Origin: a bacterium
Lineage (GTDB): Bacteria; Bdellovibrionota; UBA2428
Direction: 5' to 3'
NCBI GenBank assembly: GCA_009991595.1
Contig: JAACVK010000028.1
Coordinates: forward strand, 4,137 to 68,136
DNA length: 64,000 nt
How positions within the stretch are numbered: position 1 is the stretch's first letter; each line of letters begins with the position of its first letter. Below are positions 28,635-37,514 of this stretch, in pieces. The notes beneath the pieces were generated by a model, which saw nothing but the letters and a program-made list of their open reading frames with translations, ran no database searches and was not told the DNA's origin. The translations under genes were made by a program, and so were the position numbers.

Positions 28635-29015
28635 CTATTTTTTCTTATTTAAAAACTGAAGCTCATCTGGAGTGTAGGCTTTGTTAGGATCGTAATGCTC
28701 TTGCTGTCCCTTTGGGGCCTTTTCCACCTTAAACAACACTTGGTCGGGATCGATGACAGTATCCTCAAAACGGTCCATTGTGGCGCCCTCTTCAATGGGA
28801 ACAATAATGTATTCAATTTGTTCAGACTCCAATTCGGAAGGCGGACTACGTCCCTTATCTTTCTGACCTTGCTCACCTAACTTAGGATGGGTGGTTAGCT
28901 TTGAAACCTCCTCGTCGACGCTATTGCCAGCAAACGCGTAGACAAGGATCGAAAAACAAAGCCACCCTAGAGCAACCAGACATTGCTTAACACAACGAAG
29001 CATCATCTTTCCCAT
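28635..29015 (-). CDS. hypothetical small membrane/secreted protein
   Basis: 126 aa. One N-terminal TM or signal segment. K-rich C-terminus. A palindrome GCTGCGCaGCGCAGC (28619-28633) lies just past the stop. Confidence 0.4.
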   Translation of the reverse strand: MGKMMLRCVKQCLVALGWLCFSILVYAFAGNSVDEEVSKLTTHPKLGEQGQKDKGRSPPSELESEQIEYIIVPIEEGATMDRFEDTVIDPDQVLFKVEKAPKGQQEHYDPNKAYTPDELQFLNKKK

Positions 29016-29061
29016 TCTACGTGAAATCCACTAGCAGGAATCGACAAGAATTTGTCGCCAA

Positions 29062-30585
29062 TCAAAGCTGCTCTAGCTGCTGCTGCATTCTAGCCATCAG
29101 CTCATCATTCCTGTAGATCTTCTGCTTCTCTTCTAGAACTTTAAGATTTCCATCTAAATAGCCTTGAATAGAGCTAGACGCTCTATTGGCTACTAATTCA
29201 CTAGACGTCACATCCGCAGAGGACTTGCTAACAAATTTCAGAAGAAAAAGACTTTGCCCTTGAGATGCCACTAAAGGATAAAACTGTCCCTTGTTCTTCA
29301 ATGCGAACAATCTATTGACATCTATGTTGCTAACACTCAAAGCACCAATGGAATCCTCCAATGGACTCCATTCGACCTTTGACTCCCACTTGGTGTTTAG
29401 TTGACCCAAACTAGAAGAACTGAGACTTCCGGCCTTCAAGGCGTCCGCCAAAACTTTCTGAGCAAAGGTTCTTTGATTCTTCTCTTCTAAGAACCTTCGC
29501 GCCAAAACCTTTTTCACTTCGTCAAATGACTTGCTAACGCCCTCTTGGCGATCAATGTATTCGATGAGGTGAAAGCCGAAACTACTTTGAATCACTCCCG
29601 AAAGCTTCTCTTTGGGAGTCAAAGCAAAGGCTGCATCAGCAAATTTTGGATCCATGGTCTTGTGCTCAAAAAAGCCCAAATCTCCGCCACGATCTGCGTT
29701 AGATTTGTCAGCAGAGTGTTTCTTAGCAGCTTCTTCAAAGCTCATTTTTCCACTAGCAATTTTTTTGCGAATCTCTTCGGCCTTTTTCTTGCCGCCCCCA
29801 GCTTCGTTGATGAGAATGTGTCGGGCGTGAACCTTCGCTTGGGTTTCGTAATCATTTCGATGACTTTCGTAAAAACCCTTAAGCTCAGTGTCAGCAGCAG
29901 AGTCTGCCAGTAGGTCATCCACATCCTTTTGAGACACAGAGGGGGCCTTCACCGAGGAAGGCTTCACTTCGAGTAGCTCAAACACAAAGTCTTGCTTTAG
30001 AAGCTTGGCTTCTTCGAGTTCAGCTTGGGAAACCAAGGCGACAGGAACGGATAAGTTGTAAAAAAGCGCATCTCTGAAGAGTTGTTCTCTAACTCGGTTT
30101 TCATATTCTCCGGGACGAGCCACCATCTGCTTATATAAAAGAGGATCGAACTTTCCGTCTTTTTGAAAAGCGGGATTCTTTGCCAGCAAATATCGAATGG
30201 CTTCGGCGGGCACTTTAAAGCCGTGTTGTTTAGACAAGGCCATCATGTAACGTTGTTGAATCAGTGAGTTTAATACGGATTGAGGACTCACTTGAGCTTT
30301 TAAGAGACTTTCTAGAAAAGCTTTGGTCTGAGCATCGGCTTTTGAGCCTTTAAATTGACGCTCCATGGCAGTTCGAGCGTTTTCAAGTTGGTATTCGAAG
30401 GCTTGGCCAAACTCGTTAATGGTGATCCTCTCACCCATAACTTTTGCGGCTGACCCCGCGTTCCAAAGGCCCCCTCCGCCGCCTACATCGGCTCCTGTGC
30501 CAAACAACGAGATCACCATTCCTACTGCAGCTAGCCCGAAGATAATCGAAAAGAAGTTACGATAACGCCGAATAAAATTAAACAT
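29062..30585 (-). CDS. periplasmic chaperone/peptidyl-prolyl isomerase, PpiD/SurA family (single parvulin domain, N-terminal TM anchor)
   Basis: 507 aa. N-terminal TM FFSIIFGLAAVGMVISLF. Parvulin motifs HARHILI ... GGDLGFF ... FGFHLIE. Confidence 0.75.
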   Translation of the reverse strand: MFNFIRRYRNFFSIIFGLAAVGMVISLFGTGADVGGGGGLWNAGSAAKVMGERITINEFGQAFEYQLENARTAMERQFKGSKADAQTKAFLESLLKAQVSPQSVLNSLIQQRYMMALSKQHGFKVPAEAIRYLLAKNPAFQKDGKFDPLLYKQMVARPGEYENRVREQLFRDALFYNLSVPVALVSQAELEEAKLLKQDFVFELLEVKPSSVKAPSVSQKDVDDLLADSAADTELKGFYESHRNDYETQAKVHARHILINEAGGGKKKAEEIRKKIASGKMSFEEAAKKHSADKSNADRGGDLGFFEHKTMDPKFADAAFALTPKEKLSGVIQSSFGFHLIEYIDRQEGVSKSFDEVKKVLARRFLEEKNQRTFAQKVLADALKAGSLSSSSLGQLNTKWESKVEWSPLEDSIGALSVSNIDVNRLFALKNKGQFYPLVASQGQSLFLLKFVSKSSADVTSSELVANRASSSIQGYLDGNLKVLEEKQKIYRNDELMARMQQQLEQL

Positions 30586-30671
30586 CCCCCTTATCTTCGT
30601 TATGTGCTCAGTTTTGTCAACGGACGCTAGTAAGAAATGTATAGTATCGTTACAATAGTCTAGGGTAAGGG

Positions 30672-31526
30672 ATGTTTTTTCAAAAGTTTTGGCGCCAACA
30701 CAAAAAACGGGTCTTTGTGGCCCTGCTGTTTCTGCTACCCTTTACGCCCTTCGTGCTAAAGGAAGCCAATCTACCGAGAATTCACTTTAATGACTTGGTG
30801 CAAAGCTACGTTGTCCATCCAGTTGCTGAAATGCTGAGTAGCGCAAAATCCGGGGTGTCTTATCTATGGGACGGATACATCAACCTAGTGGACACTCAAG
30901 AACAAAACGTGCAACTCACAACTAAGGTGGATGAACTTCAAGCAAAGCTACTCGAACTATCGGAGCTAAGTCTAGAGAATGAACGTCTAAACAAACTTCT
31001 CTCCATCCCTGAGCTTTCCAAAAGCGAAGGACTTGGCGCAAAAATTATTGGCAAAAACACAGACAATGAATCGTTGGGCTTCTTTATAAATGTAGGCAAA
31101 GATCAAGGCATCCGTGTCGGCATGCCGGTTCTAAGCGCGAGAGGAGCCGTCGGTTCCATTCGAAACGTGTTTAAAGACTCATCGCTTTTTGTTTCAATTT
31201 TGGATCCCTCGCACGCCATCGATGGTGTTGTGAGAAGAACAAGAGCCAGGATGATTATCGAAGGTTTAGGAGCCTCACTTCTTGCTCAACTTAAATACTT
31301 AGACCGCGCAGAGGATGTGAGAGTGGGAGACGAAGTTGTCGCCAGCGGTGTGGATGGAGTTTTCCCCAAGGGCGTTTTGATTGGAAACATTGTCGATCTC
31401 CATCGACCAAGACATGGAGTTCTTCAAGAGGCTCGCCTGCGAGCAGCTGTAGATATTGGAAAACTTGAGGAAGTCATTGTACTGTTACGAGATAATCCCA
31501 CTCGAGAGGTTTCAACCCCTCAATGA
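30672..31526 (+). CDS. mreC: rod shape-determining protein MreC
   Basis: 284 aa. N-terminal TM, coiled-coil, then MreC beta-domain (GMPVLSARGAVGSIRNV). Followed by mreD and PBP2. Confidence 0.8.
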   Translation: MFFQKFWRQHKKRVFVALLFLLPFTPFVLKEANLPRIHFNDLVQSYVVHPVAEMLSSAKSGVSYLWDGYINLVDTQEQNVQLTTKVDELQAKLLELSELSLENERLNKLLSIPELSKSEGLGAKIIGKNTDNESLGFFINVGKDQGIRVGMPVLSARGAVGSIRNVFKDSSLFVSILDPSHAIDGVVRRTRARMIIEGLGASLLAQLKYLDRAEDVRVGDEVVASGVDGVFPKGVLIGNIVDLHRPRHGVLQEARLRAAVDIGKLEEVIVLLRDNPTREVSTPQ

Positions 31527-32065
31527 GTAGCACTCAGAAAAGATTTCTAGAATGGCCGTTGTTGCTCATGATCATTTGGCTCATTCAGGGTTTTGAAATT
31601 TCCCTTTCAAGAATGTCTCTCTTTGGAATCGTTTCCATTCAACTTTGCCCCGTCATTATTTTGTATCTTTCTCTAACCCGTGACTGGTCTCAATTGGCAC
31701 TTTTAGCTACGGCCTTTGCCTACATTGGATCATCGGTCGCAAGCGTCCACCCCATGATTTTCATCAGTGTCTATCTTTGGACTGCCTTCATCGCCAAAGC
31801 CTTGGTTATCACCCTTGCCCTAGAGAACCGCCGTGCATTTACTTTTCTAGTAATGACCTCAGTCGTCTTTGCAAAACTGCTGTATGCCTCTATTCTTCGA
31901 GTTCAAGGTGTTCAGATTGAATATGGGATTGTTCTCCAAAGCATTTTAGGGGCTAGTTTCTTCTCTTCCATATTAGCGTTTCTCATTTACCCCACCTTAG
32001 TGTTTTGGGATCGCTACTTTGAACACGACATAGATAGCTCTAGGGATTTAAACCCACTGATGTAG
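31523..32065 (+). CDS. mreD: rod shape-determining protein MreD
   Basis: 180 aa polytopic membrane protein. 4-bp overlap with mreC. Confidence 0.65.
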   Translation: MSSTQKRFLEWPLLLMIIWLIQGFEISLSRMSLFGIVSIQLCPVIILYLSLTRDWSQLALLATAFAYIGSSVASVHPMIFISVYLWTAFIAKALVITLALENRRAFTFLVMTSVVFAKLLYASILRVQGVQIEYGIVLQSILGASFFSSILAFLIYPTLVFWDRYFEHDIDSSRDLNPLM

Positions 32066-32075
32066 GTATGACATA

Positions 32076-33986
32076 ATGTTAGGCGAAAGAGAACATGTAG
32101 AAGAACTAAGGATTAGAGTCCACTTCATATTCTATTTCATAGTTTTCATGTTCTTTATCCTTGGGCTGCGAATGGCGTTTTTGCAAATCGTTGAAGGAGA
32201 GAAATACCGTTTCTTCTCTCAAGAAAACACTCTCAAAAAAGAGAAAATACCTGGCCCCCGCGGAAGAATTTTTGACCGCAACATGCAACTACTCGTAGAC
32301 AACAGACTTCAATTGGACGTCACTCTTACGCCACAATTCTCTAAAGACCCTAAACAGACGATACAAGATCTAGCGACCTTAATAGGCAAAGACTTTGACG
32401 AATTGTGGCTTGGCTACCGTAGGCGGCAGAATAGACTGGCCAAGTTTTCTCCTATTCCCGTAGTTCCCGATGCGAGCTGGGAAACAGTCGTTAAGATTGA
32501 AACCAATAAGAGTCGGTTTTCAGGAATCGATGTTGAACCTAAAATGCGTCGATTTTACCCATTCGAACACAATGGAGCCCATTTGCTGGGTTACCTTTCA
32601 GAGGTTTCTAAACGGGAACTTGCCCGCTTTCATGAACAAGGTCAAAACTACGACAACGGTGATTGGATAGGGCGCTTCGGTTTAGAGAAGGAATGGGAAC
32701 GTTACCTTCGTGGTCGTGATGGCTATCGCTACGTAGTGGTCGACGCCCATGGACATCGTATTGTTCGAAGCGACTCTAGCCAGAACGTCATCTCAAGCTA
32801 CTTAGGTCGCAGCACAACTCCACAACCAGGCAAAAGCCTTATTCTTACCATCGATCAAGCTTTACAAAATACAGCTGCCAAAGCCATGGAAGGTAAAATG
32901 GGAGCCGTAGTCGCTTTGGACCCTCGAACGGGCGAAGTCTTAGCCATGCATTCAAACCCCGGCTTTGATCCTACAATTCTCACTAGCCATCGTGGAGAGT
33001 TGTGGACCAACTTCATGAAGAACCCCTATGGCCCACTTAGCAATAAAGCCATTCAAGATCACTATCCTCCAGGTTCAACCTATAAAATTGTTACTGCTCT
33101 TGCGGGCCTCAAAGAAGGGCTCATTACCACCAAAACAATGGTCAAATGCAATGGAGGAATTCATTTCGGACGGCGTTTTTACCATTGCCATAAAAAAGGT
33201 GGCCACGGCTGGGTAAACCTTCAACAAGCTATCAAACAAAGTTGCGACGTTTACTTTTACACCTTGGCACAGAAAATAGGGATTGACCTTATAAGTGAAG
33301 AAGGCTTTCGATTGGGCTTAGGCAAACTCACGGGAATTCGTCTCCCTGGAGAAATCCCAGGAAACCTTCCTACAGAAGAATGGAAACGAAAAACCTATAA
33401 TGCTCCTTGGCTTCCCGGCGAAACGCTTTCGGCATCAATTGGCCAAGGTGCAAACTTAGTTACGCCGCTTCAACTTGCCTTGTCCTATGCAACTTTTGCC
33501 AACGGTGGCGACCTCTATCGACCTTACATTGTTTCAAAAGTATTGAATGAAGAAGGGAATACGATTGAAAGATTCACCCCTCAGCTACTTGGACATCAAA
33601 GCATCAATAAAGAGTTTTATAAAGTCATCGAGGACGGACTACACGATGTTGTAAACGACCCTAAAGGAACGGCCTACTGGTCCGTAAGAAGCAAAGATGT
33701 TGAGATTAGCGGAAAAAGTGGAACCGTTCAGGTTATGAGCTTTGGTAAAGACGAAATATATCAAAAGTGTAATCTTTTACCTTTTGAAAAAAGACACCAC
33801 GCCTGGTTTGTCGGATTCGCCCCCACCGAAAAGCCCGAGATTGTCGTGGCCACCTTTGGAATGCACGAGTGTGGGGGTAGCACCTCGGCAGGTCCTGTCG
33901 TTAAAGCGGTCATCGAAGAGTGGAATCGCTTGCGACAAAACCGAGAGGCCACCAAGGTTGCCAAGAAAACTGCTAACTATCGTTAG
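32076..33986 (+). CDS. mrdA: penicillin-binding protein 2 (elongasome transpeptidase)
   Basis: 636 aa. N-terminal TM. SxxK active site in PGSTYKIVTALAGL. KSGT motif. Confidence 0.85.
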   Translation: MLGEREHVEELRIRVHFIFYFIVFMFFILGLRMAFLQIVEGEKYRFFSQENTLKKEKIPGPRGRIFDRNMQLLVDNRLQLDVTLTPQFSKDPKQTIQDLATLIGKDFDELWLGYRRRQNRLAKFSPIPVVPDASWETVVKIETNKSRFSGIDVEPKMRRFYPFEHNGAHLLGYLSEVSKRELARFHEQGQNYDNGDWIGRFGLEKEWERYLRGRDGYRYVVVDAHGHRIVRSDSSQNVISSYLGRSTTPQPGKSLILTIDQALQNTAAKAMEGKMGAVVALDPRTGEVLAMHSNPGFDPTILTSHRGELWTNFMKNPYGPLSNKAIQDHYPPGSTYKIVTALAGLKEGLITTKTMVKCNGGIHFGRRFYHCHKKGGHGWVNLQQAIKQSCDVYFYTLAQKIGIDLISEEGFRLGLGKLTGIRLPGEIPGNLPTEEWKRKTYNAPWLPGETLSASIGQGANLVTPLQLALSYATFANGGDLYRPYIVSKVLNEEGNTIERFTPQLLGHQSINKEFYKVIEDGLHDVVNDPKGTAYWSVRSKDVEISGKSGTVQVMSFGKDEIYQKCNLLPFEKRHHAWFVGFAPTEKPEIVVATFGMHECGGSTSAGPVVKAVIEEWNRLRQNREATKVAKKTANYR

Positions 33987-34005
33987 TTATGATAAAACAA
34001 ACAGA

Positions 34006-34046
34006 AAAAGGTCTCCTTGAGAACTGTCTCAAGGAGACCTTTTGTT
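34006..34046. terminator. bidirectional rho-independent terminator
   Basis: AAAAAGGTCTCCTTGAGA-ACTG-TCTCAAGGAGACCTTTTGTTT. Perfect 14-bp stem. Confidence 0.8.
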
Positions 34047-34159
34047 TAAAGCATTAGATAATTAATTCAAACAAGGTAGGGATAAATCATCAGCAGCTTT
34101 TGTCGCAAGACGATTGATGTTGTTCAGAAGACCGCACATCTTGCTCTGCTTGTGGTTTC

Positions 34160-35059
34160 TTAAGTTGCATCAGCAAGAAAGGAGTCCAAGTCTTCTTTAG
34201 AAAGCGTATAATCCTTTCCACAAAACTCGCATTTGACTTCTATCGTGTTTTTATCCGCTTCAAACAAATGTTTTCGCTCTCCAGTGGTTAGCAAATTGAG
34301 AGCACCCAAAACTCTTTCTTTAGTGCATCTGCATTTCAATTCGATATTTGTTTCGTGAAGTTCCCGAACCTTTTGTGTTCCTGTAATAAACTTTGCCATA
34401 GTTGCCGTTGCAAGTTCGGGATCATCGTCAATCACCCACTGTGACAAAGGCCCCAATTGTTGCAAATGAGTGTCAAGCGCTTGCATGCGAGCCACACTCA
34501 CACCGTCTTCCTCGGGAAGAAAGTGAATCAAATATGCACGTGCCATTTCCACAAAGAAAGGCCGCTCTTTTGAAAGCTTCGGATCAAAAGCCAATTTAAC
34601 AGATAACCCCAAAGCGCAACGTCGTTGCTCGGATTGTCGAAAGTAGTCTTCAATATCCGTATTAACCTTGCCCGTGCTTTCAATAATCCCAGAGCTAACA
34701 ATGTGATTCTTAACTTTTCTACAGCTGAAGGTTCCTCGACCTAAAGAGGTCTCGAGATGATCCGACATAACCTGCGCATTCGTCATCGACGCTCTGACCT
34801 GTCCAAAGCCGTCGGCCGCTGCTGTTAGATCACCAAACAATCCATCCGTTTTCCATTGCATTTCTATGGATTCTCTCTCAGAAGGATCGTTGAGAGCCTG
34901 AACGGCCGCTGCAGCCATCACGGAATGTCCGATATGAATCATGGCGGGAGGAAGCGCCTGAAGCCGATCCAATATTTCTTGAACTAGTGAAGTCGCCTCA
35001 ATAGTTACGAGAACAAGTTCGTTGTTCAAACTTAGGCTACGACGTAGCGAAGATCTCAA
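34160..35059 (-). CDS. hslO: redox-regulated chaperone Hsp33
   Basis: 299 aa. C-terminal zinc centre CRCTKER ... CEFCGKDY (CxC...CxxC). Confidence 0.85.
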   Translation of the reverse strand: MRSSLRRSLSLNNELVLVTIEATSLVQEILDRLQALPPAMIHIGHSVMAAAAVQALNDPSERESIEMQWKTDGLFGDLTAAADGFGQVRASMTNAQVMSDHLETSLGRGTFSCRKVKNHIVSSGIIESTGKVNTDIEDYFRQSEQRRCALGLSVKLAFDPKLSKERPFFVEMARAYLIHFLPEEDGVSVARMQALDTHLQQLGPLSQWVIDDDPELATATMAKFITGTQKVRELHETNIELKCRCTKERVLGALNLLTTGERKHLFEADKNTIEVKCEFCGKDYTLSKEDLDSFLADAT

Positions 35060-35062
35060 AGG

Positions 35063-35386
35063 TTAAATTGCCTTTGTGATCAACTTCTCAATGACGTCCT
35101 TTGGTTGGTTTCCAACAATTTGGTCCACCATTTTTCCGCTCTTGAAAAGAATCATTGCGGGAATTCCACGAATTCCAAACTGCGCTGCAAGATTTTGGTT
35201 GGCATCCACATCAAGCTTAACGATTTTTACTTTGCCGTCGTAGCTAGTGGACAACTCTTCAAGCTTGGGTGCAAGAGCCTTACAAGGTCCACACCAGGCG
35301 GCCCAAAAATCGACCAACACGGGAACATCGCTCTTAAGCACTGAATTTTCAAAGTTTTCTTCTGTTACTGCCTCTAATGAACTCAT
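35063..35386 (-). CDS. trxA: thioredoxin
   Basis: 107 aa. WAAWCGPCK active site. Confidence 0.95.
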   Translation of the reverse strand: MSSLEAVTEENFENSVLKSDVPVLVDFWAAWCGPCKALAPKLEELSTSYDGKVKIVKLDVDANQNLAAQFGIRGIPAMILFKSGKMVDQIVGNQPKDVIEKLITKAI

Positions 35387-35415
35387 AGTGGTGAATTTAT
35401 CGGTTCAGTGCTAGT

Positions 35416-36195
35416 TTGACAACTCCAATGAAGGGCCGATACGAGGTTGCGTTAGCATTTTTCTTACCGTGGATTTTAGACTTCTTTATGGGTCGATCCG
35501 TCATGGCTTCACTCATTGGTGCCTCCATTTGGGGAATAGGGGTTCTTTTGGTCCTTTTGAGGACTCGGATAAAAGAAGTCCGTTTAAAGAAAAATCTTAC
35601 GTATATTGCGGGTTTTCTTTTTGGAATTTGGATCGGGCTATGGCTTGTTTCTGCCAACGAATCGGTGGTTTGGGCTTGGAACGAAACCGGACTCAGGCTT
35701 CTAACCATTGGCCACGCCTCACTGCTAACAGCTGGTTTTGGAATGACCTTGGTCTTGCTAGTCTCTTCCATTGCTTGGCTCCTTAAAGAGCGAGGCTTGA
35801 AGAATAAGAAATCTCAAAGATGGCTACCTTCCCTTGAAGGGCTCGCTAAAGCCAGTCACATTTCTTTGAGAGCCTCCATTTGGTTTTGGACCACCGGGCT
35901 GTTTTTCGCGATTTTAGCTGCACTTATTCGCTGGCAACGAGTTCACGATGTTCCCGCCTTTGGCGCCCTCATTCACTACGAATGGCTCTCCGATCCCAAA
36001 GTTATTCTAAGCATTGCACTTTGGATTCCCCTAGTGCTTTGTCGATTGTTTCGCGGAGTCTTTTCCGAAATCCAAAAAGCTCGTTACCAAAGCTTTGCCG
36101 TTATGGCCTTGCTTTTTGTTATGATTTTCCTGTTCATGTCTTCCACGGAATTGCCCTTTAGCCGCCACGAAGCCTTGAGGTGGATCACTCGATGA
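35416..36195 (+). CDS. polytopic inner-membrane protein immediately upstream of hemA (possibly CcsA/HemX-like)
   Basis: 259 aa. About six TM helices. Trp-rich VWAWNETG segment. 16-bp overlap with hemA. Confidence 0.35.
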   Translation: MTTPMKGRYEVALAFFLPWILDFFMGRSVMASLIGASIWGIGVLLVLLRTRIKEVRLKKNLTYIAGFLFGIWIGLWLVSANESVVWAWNETGLRLLTIGHASLLTAGFGMTLVLLVSSIAWLLKERGLKNKKSQRWLPSLEGLAKASHISLRASIWFWTTGLFFAILAALIRWQRVHDVPAFGALIHYEWLSDPKVILSIALWIPLVLCRLFRGVFSEIQKARYQSFAVMALLFVMIFLFMSSTELPFSRHEALRWITR

Positions 36196-37514
36196 GTAAC
36201 CAATGGGTAGATTCTCTCAGCTGCCTCAGCGTAAGCGCGATCAAAGAAGTCCCCGCCAATATAAGAGAAGCCCTTACTTTGAGTCCTAGAATCAAAGCTG
36301 AAGCCCTCAAAGATTGGATCACATCCTCACGGCAAAGGAATAAACGAGCCTCACTATTCTATTTAAGCACTTGTCACCGAGTTGAGCTCTATGGCTTCGA
36401 TATTGATCCGGAGGATCTAAGGAGAAAGTGGGCGGAGCTTGCTGGTGAAGAAGCAACGAAATGTTTTGAAATATTGCGAGGTAAAGAATGCCTTCGTCAC
36501 TGGATACGAGCTTGTGCAAGCTTAGAAAGTGAAGTGTTGGGAGAAACCCAAATCACTGGCCAAATGAAAGACGCCTTTCAAGAAGCCAGGCAAGAAGGGT
36601 TGCTCTCGGGGCCTTTAGATAGATTCTCCCAGCGAGTTCTGGCTTCCTCCAAGTTTTTAAGATCCTCCTTACCTCTTGGAGAGGGGACTGTGAGTGTGGC
36701 CCACGTTGCCGTTGATGGGCTAAAAGATTTCTTTGATGACCTAAGCGGAAAGTCTGCCCTCGTGGTGGGCGCTGGATCCATGGCAAAACAGAGTATCTCT
36801 CGCCTCAAAAAACTTGGGGTAGAGAAGATCTATTGGGCCAATCGAAGCGAGTCCAAAATTGATCAAAGCCCTTTACTCGATGAAAGAACCACCAAGGTAG
36901 ATTTTTCTCAGATTCATTCCCATGTTTGGAACAACGCCATCTCCGTGGTAGCGACCTCGAGCCACACAAAAATCATCAAAGAAGGAAGACTTTTCAACAC
37001 CGAAGCAACTCTTCGAAGTTCTGAAAGCATTTCCACTAGAGTCATTTTGGACCTTGGCCTGCCTCGCAACGTTGAACATGAAATTCATGGTAAAGAAGGG
37101 TTCTTCGTTCGAGACGTCGATGAATTCAGTAATATTGCCGGTGAAAACTCTGAAAAAAGACGTAAATACATGTATTTGGCGGAAAAATTAGTCGAGCAGG
37201 AGATCTTAAAAATTGAGGAAAACACTCGCTCCTGGAGCCAAGTCCCGTTAATCACAGAACTTATTGATCTCATTCAAGAAAGAAAAGAAGACGATCTCCA
37301 ACGCTTCAAACTGGAAAAATCTGGAAATATCGAGTATATAACAGGGAACATTTATTCAAGTTTGTTGCACGGCATCTTGAAAGAAGCTGAGAGACTCGAT
37401 GAAGAGGCCTCAAATGACTTTCTTCAAAATATTGTGCGTGCATGGAGGCACTCAGGAAAATGGCGGCGAAATCAAAAAGCGGAGCTAAAAAAAGTACCGC
37501 AAAAAAATCCGTAG
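36180..37514 (+). CDS. hemA: glutamyl-tRNA reductase
   Basis: 444 aa. Active-site LSTCHRVELYG, NADPH-binding VVGAGSMAKQSI, dimerisation-domain length appropriate. Confidence 0.85.
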   Translation: MDHSMSNQWVDSLSCLSVSAIKEVPANIREALTLSPRIKAEALKDWITSSRQRNKRASLFYLSTCHRVELYGFDIDPEDLRRKWAELAGEEATKCFEILRGKECLRHWIRACASLESEVLGETQITGQMKDAFQEARQEGLLSGPLDRFSQRVLASSKFLRSSLPLGEGTVSVAHVAVDGLKDFFDDLSGKSALVVGAGSMAKQSISRLKKLGVEKIYWANRSESKIDQSPLLDERTTKVDFSQIHSHVWNNAISVVATSSHTKIIKEGRLFNTEATLRSSESISTRVILDLGLPRNVEHEIHGKEGFFVRDVDEFSNIAGENSEKRRKYMYLAEKLVEQEILKIEENTRSWSQVPLITELIDLIQERKEDDLQRFKLEKSGNIEYITGNIYSSLLHGILKEAERLDEEASNDFLQNIVRAWRHSGKWRRNQKAELKKVPQKNP

